Part shown: positions 14,929 to 31,234 of the stretch, in pieces
Layout: each line of letters opens with the position of its first letter
Position numbering within the stretch: the stretch's first letter is position 1
From: Piromyces finnis finn
Taxonomy: Eukaryota > Fungi > Neocallimastigomycota
Assembly: GCA_002104945.1 (NCBI GenBank)
Contig: MCFH01000014.1
Span: 558,001-622,000 of the forward strand
DNA length: 64,000 nt
Direction: 5' to 3'
Notes under the pieces: generated by a model
The model's database searches: none
Told to the model about the DNA's origin: nothing
The model's input: only the letters and a program-made list of their open reading frames with translations
Position numbers and translations under genes: made by a program

Positions 14929-16109
14929 TTTACCCTTTTGTATATTCAATTTAAAAGTATTACATTTAAAATGTATATAAATAATAATATAGTTCACATT
15001 ATTAGTAAGACATGTTACAAAACTTTCAAATATCAATTACTAAAACTTCATCATTTATACAAAATAAATCACTAATAATAAAATAACTACTTTTAAAAAA
15101 TTATATTACATTCATCCATCAATTATTTATTAATACAAATATAGCTTATTTTATTCATATTCATCATAAAACATATTCATTATTCACAAAACTAAAATTC
15201 ATTATTCATTTTCATCATTTCTAATTACCTATGCTTCTAATATACAGCAAACAATTGGTATTTGAAAGGAGGAAATAATAGTTTTGGTGCATCAAACTTA
15301 CTTTTCATCTTCAGTTTGCTTTTCTTCCAATCATTATTCACTATCATCCAATCAAATATTTTTCTAATATATTATTATATTGATCTAAATTGATTTTGTA
15401 CATTAATGTATATTGTATACATTTTATTTTAACGTTTTTTGTGTTACGTTGGAAGAAATACTTTCTATAAATGTGAAATAAAAATTTTAATATAAATTAA
15501 AGTTATATATATTTTTTTTTTAAATTCTTATTATCAAGTTGAAAATTATTATTATAAATCCTATAAAACACTTTTATATTATATGAAAATAAATATCCTC
15601 AAGATATTGTCGATAGCAAAAAATATCTTAATTTATATTTATACACCTTTAAAATAATCATTATAAACTATCCTTCTTATTATCCATATATTTAAATTCA
15701 AATTATTATTAAGATTTTATATTTAAAAAGTAGTGTAATATACAATACAATCTGTATAATTCATTATCTTTAAAAAAAAAACTCTTTTATTCTAAATATT
15801 AATGTGCTTATTTATTTATTTATTATTATTATTATTATAATTATTATTTAGTTTTATTTAAAGTCCGTTTTTTTTTTTTTTTTTTTTTTTTTCTACAAAC
15901 TTTAATAAAAAAGTGATGTTAAAAGGTAATGAGTTTTATTGTTGTTGTTATTATGTTATTATTATTATTATCTTTTTTATTTTGTTTCGTTTTGTTTTAT
16001 ATTATTATAATTAGTAGTATGATTATTATTTTAGAATTATGATTTATATTTTATTAAAAGTAATTTTAAAAAAAAATTTTATTATTTTTTTTGGTGTTGT
16101 TTATTTTCG

Positions 16110-16280
<171 letters not shown>

Positions 16281-16484
16281 TTTATTATTTTATTATTAAT
16301 AATTGCAATACTATATATTTAAAAAAAAAAATAATAATAATAATAATAATTTGAAAAGGTTTTCATTTATTATTAACTTATTGCAATATTAGATTAAAGG
16401 CGTTCAATTTGATCACTCCAAAGAATCAGAATATATGGTAACGAATAATAAATATACTTAAAAAAAATCTTATTTAAAAGGAAT

Positions 16485-19400
16485 TTAAAGATTGTAACCT
16501 TCGACCTTGAATTTTTTAGCATAATCAAAGTACTTTTGAATTAATTCAAAGTTGGTTAAACCAAGAGCAGCGTTCATAACCTTTACAAGACCATGATAAT
16601 GAACAAGTTTAAATATGCTACGACTAATTGGATTTGGATACTATAAAAATATACATTAATAATGAAAATAGGATTAATATTCTATATATTATTTATAAAT
16701 CTCCAATAAAAATTATTAAGTAACTTACAATATTATTAGTGAAGGTGAATTCGTATAAAATAACTAATCTATTAATAATTTCTAATGATCCTTGAATATT
16801 ATATTCATTAGAATATATATCTAATAATCTTAATAAAGACTTTGAGGAATACTTTTGTTCAAAGGAATAAAGATAAGCTTCCTTGGCTTCATCCTATATT
16901 ATTTATATACCAAATTTTTTTTCGAGTTAATAATAAATGAAAAAAAAAAAAAATAAAAATAAAAAGTATGTATTATCAGAATTACAGTATGTTGGAGTCT
17001 TAAGGCTAAATCACCAAAGGTTTCCCATTCCATATAAGTTTTACGATAAGCAATGTGCTTGGATTCTCTTGCCTTTAAATGGGCCATTTCATCTCTAAAG
17101 GAAGTATAGAATCTAAGATCCTATTATTACAATTTTATAATAAATATAATATTTATTATTTAATTTATGTTTATTTTGGACAATCACAAAAATATAGAAC
17201 TTTTCTATATCAATAAAGTTATATAAATAATAAAAAATTACTTCATATAAAACCATGAAAAGATTATCAAGCCATCTTTCACAAAGTCTCTTATCTTTGA
17301 AGGAATATTGTGAAAATTCGTTAAGTGCCTATTTCATTATTATATTTATTATATTGTCAAGATAGATTCATATTTATCAATATATTTTTTTACTAGGATT
17401 ATCTTATATATATATATATATTATAATAATTACCTTATCATCATCATCAACAGAGTCATTACCATTATTATCTATAACAACACTGTTCTTCTTCTCTAAT
17501 TCTTGCTTTTCTTCCTTTGGTTCTTCAGCTTGTTCTTCTTGCTTTTCTTCTTCAACTGATTTTGGTGCTGGAGCATCAGATGATAAACTAATTTCTTCTA
17601 ATTTATTTTCAAGATCAACATCAACAAGACCATCTTCACCTTCACCTTCTTCTTCAGCATTTTCCTTACCCTTTCCTTCTGTATCTTCTTTTTTATCTTC
17701 TTCTTTTTCTTCAACCTTTGCTGGAGATTCAAGGTGTTCCTTGACAGCAATTTCTTCTATCTTGTTTTCAGTAGTTCTTGAGAAGGAAACAGTACGTTCA
17801 CGTTCAGCATTCTATTTGTATATATGTCATACAAATTATACATATTCATAATAAGTTTTTTTTTTTTTTTTTTTATATATATATATATATAATTATAAAA
17901 ATTAAATTATTTGCTTTTAAAACAAATACCTTTTCTTGTTGCTTCTTTTCAAGACTAGCACGTTGTACACGATATTCTTCTTCCATTACAAATACAGAAG
18001 ATCTATAGTATAATAATTTATTCCAACCAATCTTTCTAACAATTTTTACTAATAATTCATATGCCTTTAAGAAAGTACCACGTAATGATGTAGCTGGTAA
18101 TCTTAAAGAATCCATTTGAACCTATATAATTAAAATTTATTTATATTATAATTAATTATATTTCATGATTAATATAATAAATAAAATTTTATTACTAATA
18201 AATATAACTATTTTTATATATATAAAATAAATAGATAAATAAAAACTTACATGTTCTCTGAAATCACCATTACTATCAGTTGGATTAATATGATCTTTAA
18301 TATCCTTTAATTCTTCAGGTGAACTCTTAGTATCATAATTCATTGCTATATTTAGTCTAGATGGCATTGGCATTCTTTGACAATTAGAATCTTTTTCACA
18401 GTAAGTGAACATTGGACATGAATTTAAGGTTAATAAAGCCATTTCAATATCATCCATATCAAAAAATACTTCAGCTAAAGTACCCCATGTTATAAATTCA
18501 GATGGTGCATAGGTAACAGCTAATTTGGCTAATTTTAAGGCCATATCATAACGCTTCTTTTTTCTTAAGAAATCAATTTGAACTAAAATAAGAGAATAGG
18601 ATTGTGGTTTTAATTTTAAAGCTTCATTTAAAACTTCAATTGCTTTGATTTCTTCATCATATCCAATATATGATCTAGCTAAAAGAACTGAAACTTCTGG
18701 ATCTTTTTCAGCTAAATTCTTAAAGAATTCAGAAGCAATGTCATATCTATAGCTGTCACCAAAATATTTCATGATACCATTAGAAAGATGGTTACTAACA
18801 TAAGTTGCTACTTGAACTTCTGGTTCAGTACCTAATTGCCATGATTTCCAAAATTCGGAGTAGGCAGCTTCTAAGAATCTTTGTTCAGCTTCTAAACTCT
18901 TAATAGCATCTAATTTTCTTAAACCTCTTAATTGATTACCATCATTACCATCTTGTATAAGTCATGACCATATCAGTTTACCAAATTTAACAATAAAATA
19001 GTCATTGATCGTATTTATAATAATCAATATATATATATATATATTTGATTTTATTTAGAATATTATATTTTAGCTAATGATAATTATATTTACTTTTTCT
19101 GAATAATTATTTCATGTTATCTACTAACCTGGTTCATCATTATCATCCATAATTGCTCTAAGGATACCAGAAATATAAGTTTCTTGCCATAAGGTATTAT
19201 TAGTAATTGGATGTCTATGTTTTTTTTTTTTTATTATTTATTCATTTTTATTTTATTTTTGAAAAAATCAACTGTTAGTGTTTGGTTGTCCTTACCAATT
19301 TTTATGATTTAATGTTTATAAATAAAATTTAATCTATAAACTACCTATCACCCTTAAGATCAACTAAATAACTAACAACACCACCTGGAATTTGGACTTC

Positions 19401-20220
19401 AACACGCATATCAACTCTTGAAAAAGCATTAAAACAACAATAAGTTCCTGAACGAATTTTCCAAGAAGGTTGACTTTTATTGTTTGAAAACCATCCTGCT
19501 TGTTCTTCAGCCTTTAATTGATTTATTAATAAATATATTGATAGATATTAATAGTAGAAATAATATTATATTAAATTTTGAAATATATTATAAATTAATA
19601 GTATTCGTATATTAAAAATGAATATTAAAAAAAAAATAAGATAAAATAGAATAGAATAGAATAAAAATTTATTTTACCAATGAATATGAAAGAGAATTCA
19701 AATAGGCTGCAATGGTAGCAGATGAGCTGTATATAGTATATAAAAAATAAAAAGTCAATCCAATTTCATTGATCTTCTAAAATATCTATTTCTTAAATTA
19801 AATTCTACTAACCTTGTATCAGTACCAAGAACAAAGTGATATGAACCAATCTTTTTTAATAAAATAAATAAATAAATGTTATTAAGTAAAATAGGGGATA
19901 TATAGATATGTTTTATTCAAAAATAATAATTAAAATTGATGTATATGTGAATATATATATGAAATAGAATAGAAGCAAGTGTGACGACTAACATCTCTAG
20001 TGGAAACTTTATTGTTAGTTTTTATGATATGACATAAATCTGGTGGACCTAATTCTCTAAATGATGCTGGAATTCCAATATTTATAATTGTATTAATTAT
20101 TGTTGAAAAATATATTTTAAAATGAATTTTGAATTCGAAATGTATTGAATTAATTACCTAAGGAGTCATTTCTGCCAATAATAGATTCACCAATATCGTT
20201 TTCAAAGAATTCGGTGATAT
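16485..20220 (-). CDS. ChAPs family exomer cargo adaptor (Chs6/Bud7/Bch1-like), multi-exon; first exon not resolved
   Basis: N-terminal DITEFFENDIGESIIGRNDSL, LGPPDLCHI, TPR-like core (LAKLAVTYAPSEFITW..LAEVF, ALLTLNSCPMFTY), FCERWLDNLFMVLYEDLR, and C-terminus DYAKKFKVEGYNL*. Confidence 0.85.
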
Positions 20221-21571
20221 CTTTAGTATATCAAGAAATAAGAAAAGAAAGGAAAAAGTAATAATAATAAAATTATTAATAAAATAATTAATAATAAAAA
20301 AAATAATAATACACTTTTTGTTGTTTATTGTTATTTTTGTTGTTGTTAAATTTCTATTTTAATTTTTAAATTTGCAATTATATTATCTTTGTAATTTAAT
20401 ATATTTTTTATTGTTTCTCTTATTCTTGAAACTCCAAATTTCATTAAATTGATAAATAGGTATTACCAATTTTTTCTTTTTTTTTTTTTGCCACACAATG
20501 TAATAACAATAGTAAATTATTATTTATTTACATCAAAATAGTAATAATTTCTAATTATTAATAATTAGTTTGTTACTTGAAGATATATTTATATTGAATT
20601 AATTATTTATATATATCCATTACATTTTACTAAAGCTCTTGTAATTTACATGTATAAATACTTCTTTTCCGTAATACTTTAATTGATATAAGAATATGTG
20701 TACTATAGTAGTATCATTGTAATTTTGTTATTATAATTGATATAATTGCGGTTATCAATTTTTTATAAATTTTATAATATGAAATTTATTTATCAATACG
20801 AAATTAAGCTGATGTTTATTATTTTAGCAATAATGAAATTAAATAATGGTACTTGTTTTTATTGAATATCTACATTTCAATATACTGTTTATCATGAAAT
20901 ATTAATTATATTTTAATGTATTGACATTGGTTGCTACTATCACTAGTAACTATCTTTTAAATTTTATTATTGTCAACACTACGATATTTATAGTACGTGT
21001 TATATTTTTAATATATATATAAATAAATAGTTCATTACAAATTATAATTTTTTTATAAAAAAAAAAAAAAACATATAAAATTATGTCATAATTTTAACAT
21101 TGTTTTTTTTTTATATATATAATTTTCCAAGTATTATTATCATTTTTCTTTGTTAGAGTGACCAACAATAGTATACATGTCAATCTTTATCCATTTTATA
21201 ATTTGTTGTTTATCCATCTGTTATAAATATTAACCTTTTAAAGCATCTTGAGCCATTTTGAATTTATTATTGTATAATTATTTATTGATAGGAATCTTTT
21301 TTTATGTTGTATAAAGTTTTTTTGTGAAAGATTATTTTAATGTTTTTATTGTTAAATAATCCTTATTAATGTTGATGTTTTATAAACAATAAATAATTAA
21401 CCATAGAAAAAAAATAATATTACAAAAAAAAAAAAAAACAATAAAAATTAAATACTTTTCAAATATATGTGGTGGTGTGAATGTGTGTTGTTTAATTTAT
21501 TATATATTTATATATTTATATAATCATTAAAGTTTAACTATTTTAATTTTTACAAAAATTCTTTAATTAGA

Positions 21572-21579
21572 TCACGTGA
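21572..21579. promoter_or_regulatory. Palindromic E-box TCACGTGA (Cbf1/USF-type bHLH site), candidate
   Basis: Exact TCACGTGA in a locally GC-enriched intergenic patch upstream of the ChAPs gene. Confidence 0.35.
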
Positions 21580-22177
21580 GGGTATTTCATCCATAGTTGA
21601 AATCAAAAATATTTAGAATCCCTACTACAATTTAGGGCAAGTAAGCAGTAAGCAGAAAAAAGAAAAACACAAAACACAAAAAAAAAAATTATAAAAAAAT
21701 AATTAATAGATGTATTTTATAATTTATATTTTATCAGAATATTAGGTTATTCTTTATTAATAAACATTATTTTTTTATTACACTTTATCAACATAACCTA
21801 ATGAAATGATATTAATCCAAATTCATTAAATGTCTTTTTTTTTTTTTTACAATTTATTGAATTTACTTTAGAAACATTTTTTATTATTATTTAAAGTAAT
21901 AGTAATGTAGGTGTATATACATAATAATAAAAAAAAAGGTTTAGGAATATATAATACAGCTTTATTGTTTTACAAAAAATATATAATAGTATATATATAT
22001 ATTTATATCGATTTATTTTTCATGTTAAATTTTGAAAAATATATATTTTAATTTTGAATAGCAAATAATGATATTTTTAGTTATTAAATTATAAATAGTT
22101 GTTGTTATTATTGTTGTTGATACCTCTTCCCTTTTTTTCTTTTTTTTAACTTTATTGTTGAAAATAAATGAATTTTT

Positions 22178-22378
22178 TCAATTGGTAAACTTTTTATAGA
22201 TTAGCCATAAGCAACTAACTGAAACAGATAGAATAGCCATTTTAATAGAAGTATCAACTAATATTTTTGAAATTTTTTCATTTCTTTCATTTTGTTTTTT
22301 ATTTTTTTGAATTTTCTTTTTCATTTCTTCAACCTTAGAAGAAATTCTTTTTTCTGTTACGCTTGCTTTTTTTTCCAT
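22178..22378 (-). CDS. Small (66 aa) basic coiled-coil protein with C-terminal hydrophobic segment; candidate tail-anchored microprotein
   Basis: Single ORF with aaaATGG context. The charged N-terminal region is followed by MAILSVSVSCLWLIY and KKFTN. It is divergent from TXNL4B across 168 bp. No homology recognised. Confidence 0.45.
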   Translation of the reverse strand: MEKKASVTEKRISSKVEEMKKKIQKNKKQNERNEKISKILVDTSIKMAILSVSVSCLWLIYKKFTN

Positions 22379-22468
22379 TTTTTTTAAAATGTATTTTCCT
22401 TTAAGAAAAAAAAATATTTTTTTTATTAATAAAATTGAAAAATCTTAAAATTTATTTTTTTAATTAAA

Positions 22469-22475
22469 TCACGTG
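22469..22475. promoter_or_regulatory. E-box TCACGTG in the short divergent promoter between the small ORF and TXNL4B
   Basis: Exact motif roughly midway between ATGs at 22378 and 22547. Confidence 0.4.
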
Positions 22476-22546
22476 TTCTATTTAAATCTAGAATAAAACT
22501 AAAAAAAAAAAAACTTTTAAAAAACCAAATTTCTAATTTTTTAGAA

Positions 22547-23209
22547 ATGGAATTTTTACACTATCCTCTAACCTCAAAAAAACAAATAAACAAAGTAATT
22601 CGTTATACTGAAGATAAAGTGGTAGCGATACGGTTTGGAAGAGCAAGTGATCCAGTATGCATGCAACAAGATTACATTGTAAATATTTATAATTATATAA
22701 TTTATAAAATAATTTTTTTATAGGTTATCCTAATGTTAAAATATATATATTATAATATTTATAAAGCTTTCAAAAGCTAGTCCATACCTATCGAAAATTG
22801 CAGATATATATATAGTTGAAGTAGACGATGTTCCGGAATATGTTCAATATTTTGATATTACACTAATTCCAGCAACAATCTTTTTCTTTAATACAAAACA
22901 TATAAAAATTAATGCAGGGTAAATTTTAAAAAAATGAATGAAAAAAAAAAAAAGTATATTGTTTGTAGTTTAATTTTAAATGATATATATTTAAATTATA
23001 ATTTTATTTATAACAATGCATAATAATATAAATAAATAAATAGAACTCAAGATAATACAAAATGGATTGGAGCATTTCAAACAAAACAAGATTGTATTGA
23101 TATGATAGAAGTGATATGTAGAGGTGCTATGAGAGGAAAATATATTGTAGATTGTCCTATAGATAAAGCAAGAATTCCACAATACTCTCTTTATTATAAA
23201 AATATATAA
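22547..23209 (+). CDS. TXNL4B: Dim1-family thioredoxin-like protein, TXNL4B/Dim2/DLP type; three exons
   Basis: Spliced product [149 protein letters not shown]. It carries TXNL4B-type features (LTSKK, QYFDI..IP.T.FFFN, KQD.ID.IEVI.RGAMRGK.IV..PID) and lacks the TXNL4A signatures (RFGHDWD, SPKDYSTKYRY). Confidence 0.9.
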
Positions 23210-23226
23210 TTATTATTCATTCAACA

Positions 23227-23269
<43 letters not shown>

Positions 23270-23405
23270 ATAATTAATATTTTACAACATTTAACTCAAT
23301 GATTACATTAATTTTATGATAAAAAAAAAAAAAGGACATTTATGTATATAAATAATTTATTGATTTTAAGAAGAAGGGGGAATGAAAATTCATATCTTAT
23401 TACAA

Positions 23406-27672
<4,267 letters not shown>

Positions 27673-27736
27673 TTTTCCTTTTTTTAAAAAAAAAATAAAA
27701 TAAAAATTATTCTCTTTCTCTAACCTACAAAATCTT

Positions 27737-27786
<50 letters not shown>

Positions 27787-27913
27787 CCAATAAAAACCAA
27801 AATTTTATAAAAAATTTTAAAAAAAATTGTTTTTTTTTTTTTTTTTTAAATTTCAAATTTACAAATTTTATATATAGAAAATAGCGTTAAAAAAGGAAAG
27901 GAAAGAAAGAAAA

Positions 27914-29310
27914 ATGAATGAATCCATAGAAAATAATACAATAAATGTTAAAGATAAATTACAAGAAGGTGAAACTTCAAATGTAAATGAAATTCCAACT
28001 AATACTGATACGGTAATGAATGACATCGAAAAAGAAGAAGGAGAAGTAGACGAAGAAGAAGAAGGAATGATAGTAGAAGAAGAAACTCAGCCAACCGAAA
28101 CAATTGATAAATCTTTATGTCAAATATGTAAAACAAATAAATGGAAATATACATGTCCAAAATGTTCCATTCATACTTGTTCTCTTCCTTGTGTAAAGGC
28201 ACATAAAAAAGATTTTGATTGTGACGGTAAAAGAGATAAAGTGAAATATGTAGCAATGAATGTTTATAACGAAAATAATTTAAGAAATGGTATTAATAAT
28301 ATTTATAATTTAAATTGATAGATGCAACCTAAATTGAATTGAATTCAAAAAAAATAATAATAATAATAATAATAAACTAAAATTAAATTCCACAAATTCT
28401 AACGAAATTCATTTAAAAAAAAAAAAATGAAATTTAAAAGATTATTATTTCTTAGAAGATGTTGCCAGAGCAAATGATAATGCCAATCGTGAACAAAATG
28501 ATTTTAGAAGAAATAAGCAAACACAAAAGAAAATTGCAATTTTAAAGCAAGCAAAGAAAAAGGATATTATATTAAAGTTTATGCCAACAGGAATGAAAAA
28601 ATCCCAAATTAATAAAATTTATTTCAATATAAAGTAAATTGAATTTTTATACTCGACCCTTTTTTTTTTAATCATTATTATTCTTTTAGAAACAATAATA
28701 ACAATAATTTTCTATATCTATCTATCTATCTATCTATATTACTTTTAAAAAAAAAAAAAAAAATCTTTTACATTCACTATATAAAATAAATAATAATAAT
28801 AATAATAATAATAACAGAGCAAAGGAAATTAACTGGACCATTGAATTAAATTTCCCCGATTCAGAAAAAAAAGTTAAATTAATTAGAACAAGGTGAGCTA
28901 CAACAAGCAATATGCTATATTCTATATTTTTTTAATGTTATTAAAAAAAAAAAATAGAATAAATAAATAATAATATTGATATTGATAATAATGAATATGT
29001 ATAAAAAAAAGAATAAGGGATAATATGAAAATCATAGATATTCTAAATAATTGTTTATGCGAAAAGGAAGGAAATGCCATGACAAGACATAATTTAAATA
29101 ATTATATTAATGAAAAAACTGAAAACCTAAAAGTTTTTATGAAAAGAGAAGAAACACCAGTAAGTTAGAAAGACAAAAGCAATTCATTAATTTTTTGTTA
29201 GCCATAATAATAATAGCAATATAGTTTGAAATAATAAAAAAAAAATAAAATAAAACTAATAAATTAATTTTTTTATTTATTTTTTATCTTTCTATCTATT
29301 TATCTCTATC

Positions 29311-29357
<47 letters not shown>

Positions 29358-29962
29358 CATAGGCTAATAAACAAGAATATTTTGAAGTAGATATAAATTC
29401 CACAATTTGTGAAACTTTAGCATTTAAAGTTATTATTGAATACCCATCTTTTTATATATTGACTCCATCCTCTACATTTTTAGATCATGCCAAGATTATT
29501 GATGAAAAAGAACAAGAAGAATTAAAACAAGAAATCAAGAAAAAGCAGGAAGAAGAAAGAAAAAAGAACAAGAATAATAATCAAAAAAAGAGAAATAACA
29601 AGAATAATAATAACAATAGCAACAATAACAATAATAACAGTAATGATGATGATATGAATAATGCTAATGCAACCAATAAAGAAGAAGAAGTTAATCCTGA
29701 AAATAAGGAAAATAATCAAACGGTAGAAAAAGACAGTAATAATAATGATAAACCTATTAGTCATGAAAATAATGATGGTTCAACTACAGATAAAATGAAG
29801 ATTGATAATGAAGAACAAAAAATGATTACCGAAGAAAACAGTTCTTCTGTTGTTGATTCCTCTTTTACATTATCAACTAATAGAATGAACGAAGATAATA
29901 CTAATGAATCAATAATAAATCATAATGAAAACACTATGCCATCTTCAGTTGATAACAAATAG
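27914..29962 (+). CDS. BCD1: Box C/D snoRNP assembly factor Bcd1/ZNHIT6 (zf-HIT), multi-exon
   Basis: CQICKTNKWKYTCPKCSIHTCSLPCVKAHKKDFDCDGKRDK, then DYYFLEDVAR, FMPTGMKK..IN, WTIELNFP and KVIIEYPSFYI. Low-complexity C-tail. Confidence 0.9.
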
Positions 29963-30977
29963 AAGGGGGAAAAAATAAACCTATAATAATAATAATTAGA
30001 ATTAGAATTATTTTAATAATACTATTAACCTATAGATAGAAGAATTAATTGCAGTTGAAAGTTTTTTTATATTACAAAAAAAAAATATTATTTATTTATT
30101 TAATTTTGTTCCTTTTTTATTTTTTTTTTTTTTTATATTACTAATATAAATAATTAAATAATTTGTTGTATGTTAAATATTTATTTGATATAATAATACA
30201 AAAAAATAAGAAAGAAAAAAAAATAAAAAAAAAAAAAATAAAAAAAATTTATACATATAACTTAATAATCTATATTTTTATTAACACTTCAAAAGTAGTA
30301 TTTTTGAAAAAAAGTATGATTAACCTAACCATTGCTTATTTATATTAATTTATAGGAATACAAATAGAAAAGATATACTTGTAAATGAATTATAAAAATA
30401 AATAAATCTAATGCTATCCTTTATAACATTAAATTTGATTTAATTATGTCTTTACTTTTAATACTTTAATAAATAAAAATGTCAACTTCTTATATAATTG
30501 TTAATAGGATTATAATGTTAATAAATTTTAAAACTATTAATTTATAAAAACATAAATTAATAGTTTTAAAATTTAAAGATATGTATAATGATAAAAGTCA
30601 TAATAAATCTTGTATATCCTTTGATTTTTTTTTTTTTTTTTTTTTTGTATTTTCTCATGAGATAGATATGATTATTTAAAAAGAGATCAAATAAAAGAAA
30701 GATAATAATAAAGAGTTAAAAAAATATAGAGTAAAGAGTAAAAATATTATAAAATTTTTAAAATATTCAATAAATGTTAATTATTATATTTTTATAAAAA
30801 TTCTATATAGGAAATATCATAAACAACAACAACAACAACAATAACAACAATAACAATAATAATCATAATAAATATAATAATATTAAAAATAATAATAGTA
30901 AAAAAAAAAAAAATAAAATACATAAATTTTGTATGATGGTTAGACATCTAAATCTAACCTTTAAAATTAAAGTGATC

Positions 30978-31212
30978 TGTCAGATAAATTTAGTTTACAC
31001 TTAAATTTATTTATAAAACTATTTGGGTTTTTATAATCTTTTATTTATTTATATTTATTTTATAATATAAATATTGTAACTTTCTTAAAATCTTTTTATT
31101 AAAAAATAACCAAAGAATAAAAATGTAGTACAATATTAATTTATAATTTTATAAAATACAAATACATAAAAAATACATAAAATATTATTTTGGAATGTAT
31201 TTTATTTTCACA
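30978..31212 (-). repeat. 3' LTR of the copia element (235 bp)
   Basis: Identical by line-by-line comparison to 36738-36972; TGT...ACA termini. Confidence 0.97.
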
Positions 31213-31219
31213 CTCCCCC
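31213..31219 (-). other. Polypurine tract GGGGGAG abutting the 3' LTR
   Basis: The minus strand reads ...TTTGGGGGAG|TGTGAAAA. Confidence 0.9.
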
Positions 31220-31234
31220 AAAGTTATAAATTCA

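Noticed and set aside
14935-15230. Several ATGATGA (C-box-like) motifs in the putative RPL34 leader intron
   Set aside because: No downstream CTGA D box or terminal stem, so no C/D snoRNA is called.
19157-19170. GTATCCTT on the minus strand, resembling a U12 donor
   Set aside because: Lies inside a coding exon of the ChAPs gene (ISGILR), not at an intron boundary.
21140-21260. aaaATGGCTCAAGATGCT start context on the minus strand
   Set aside because: Stops after 8 codons; no consistent splice model or homology.
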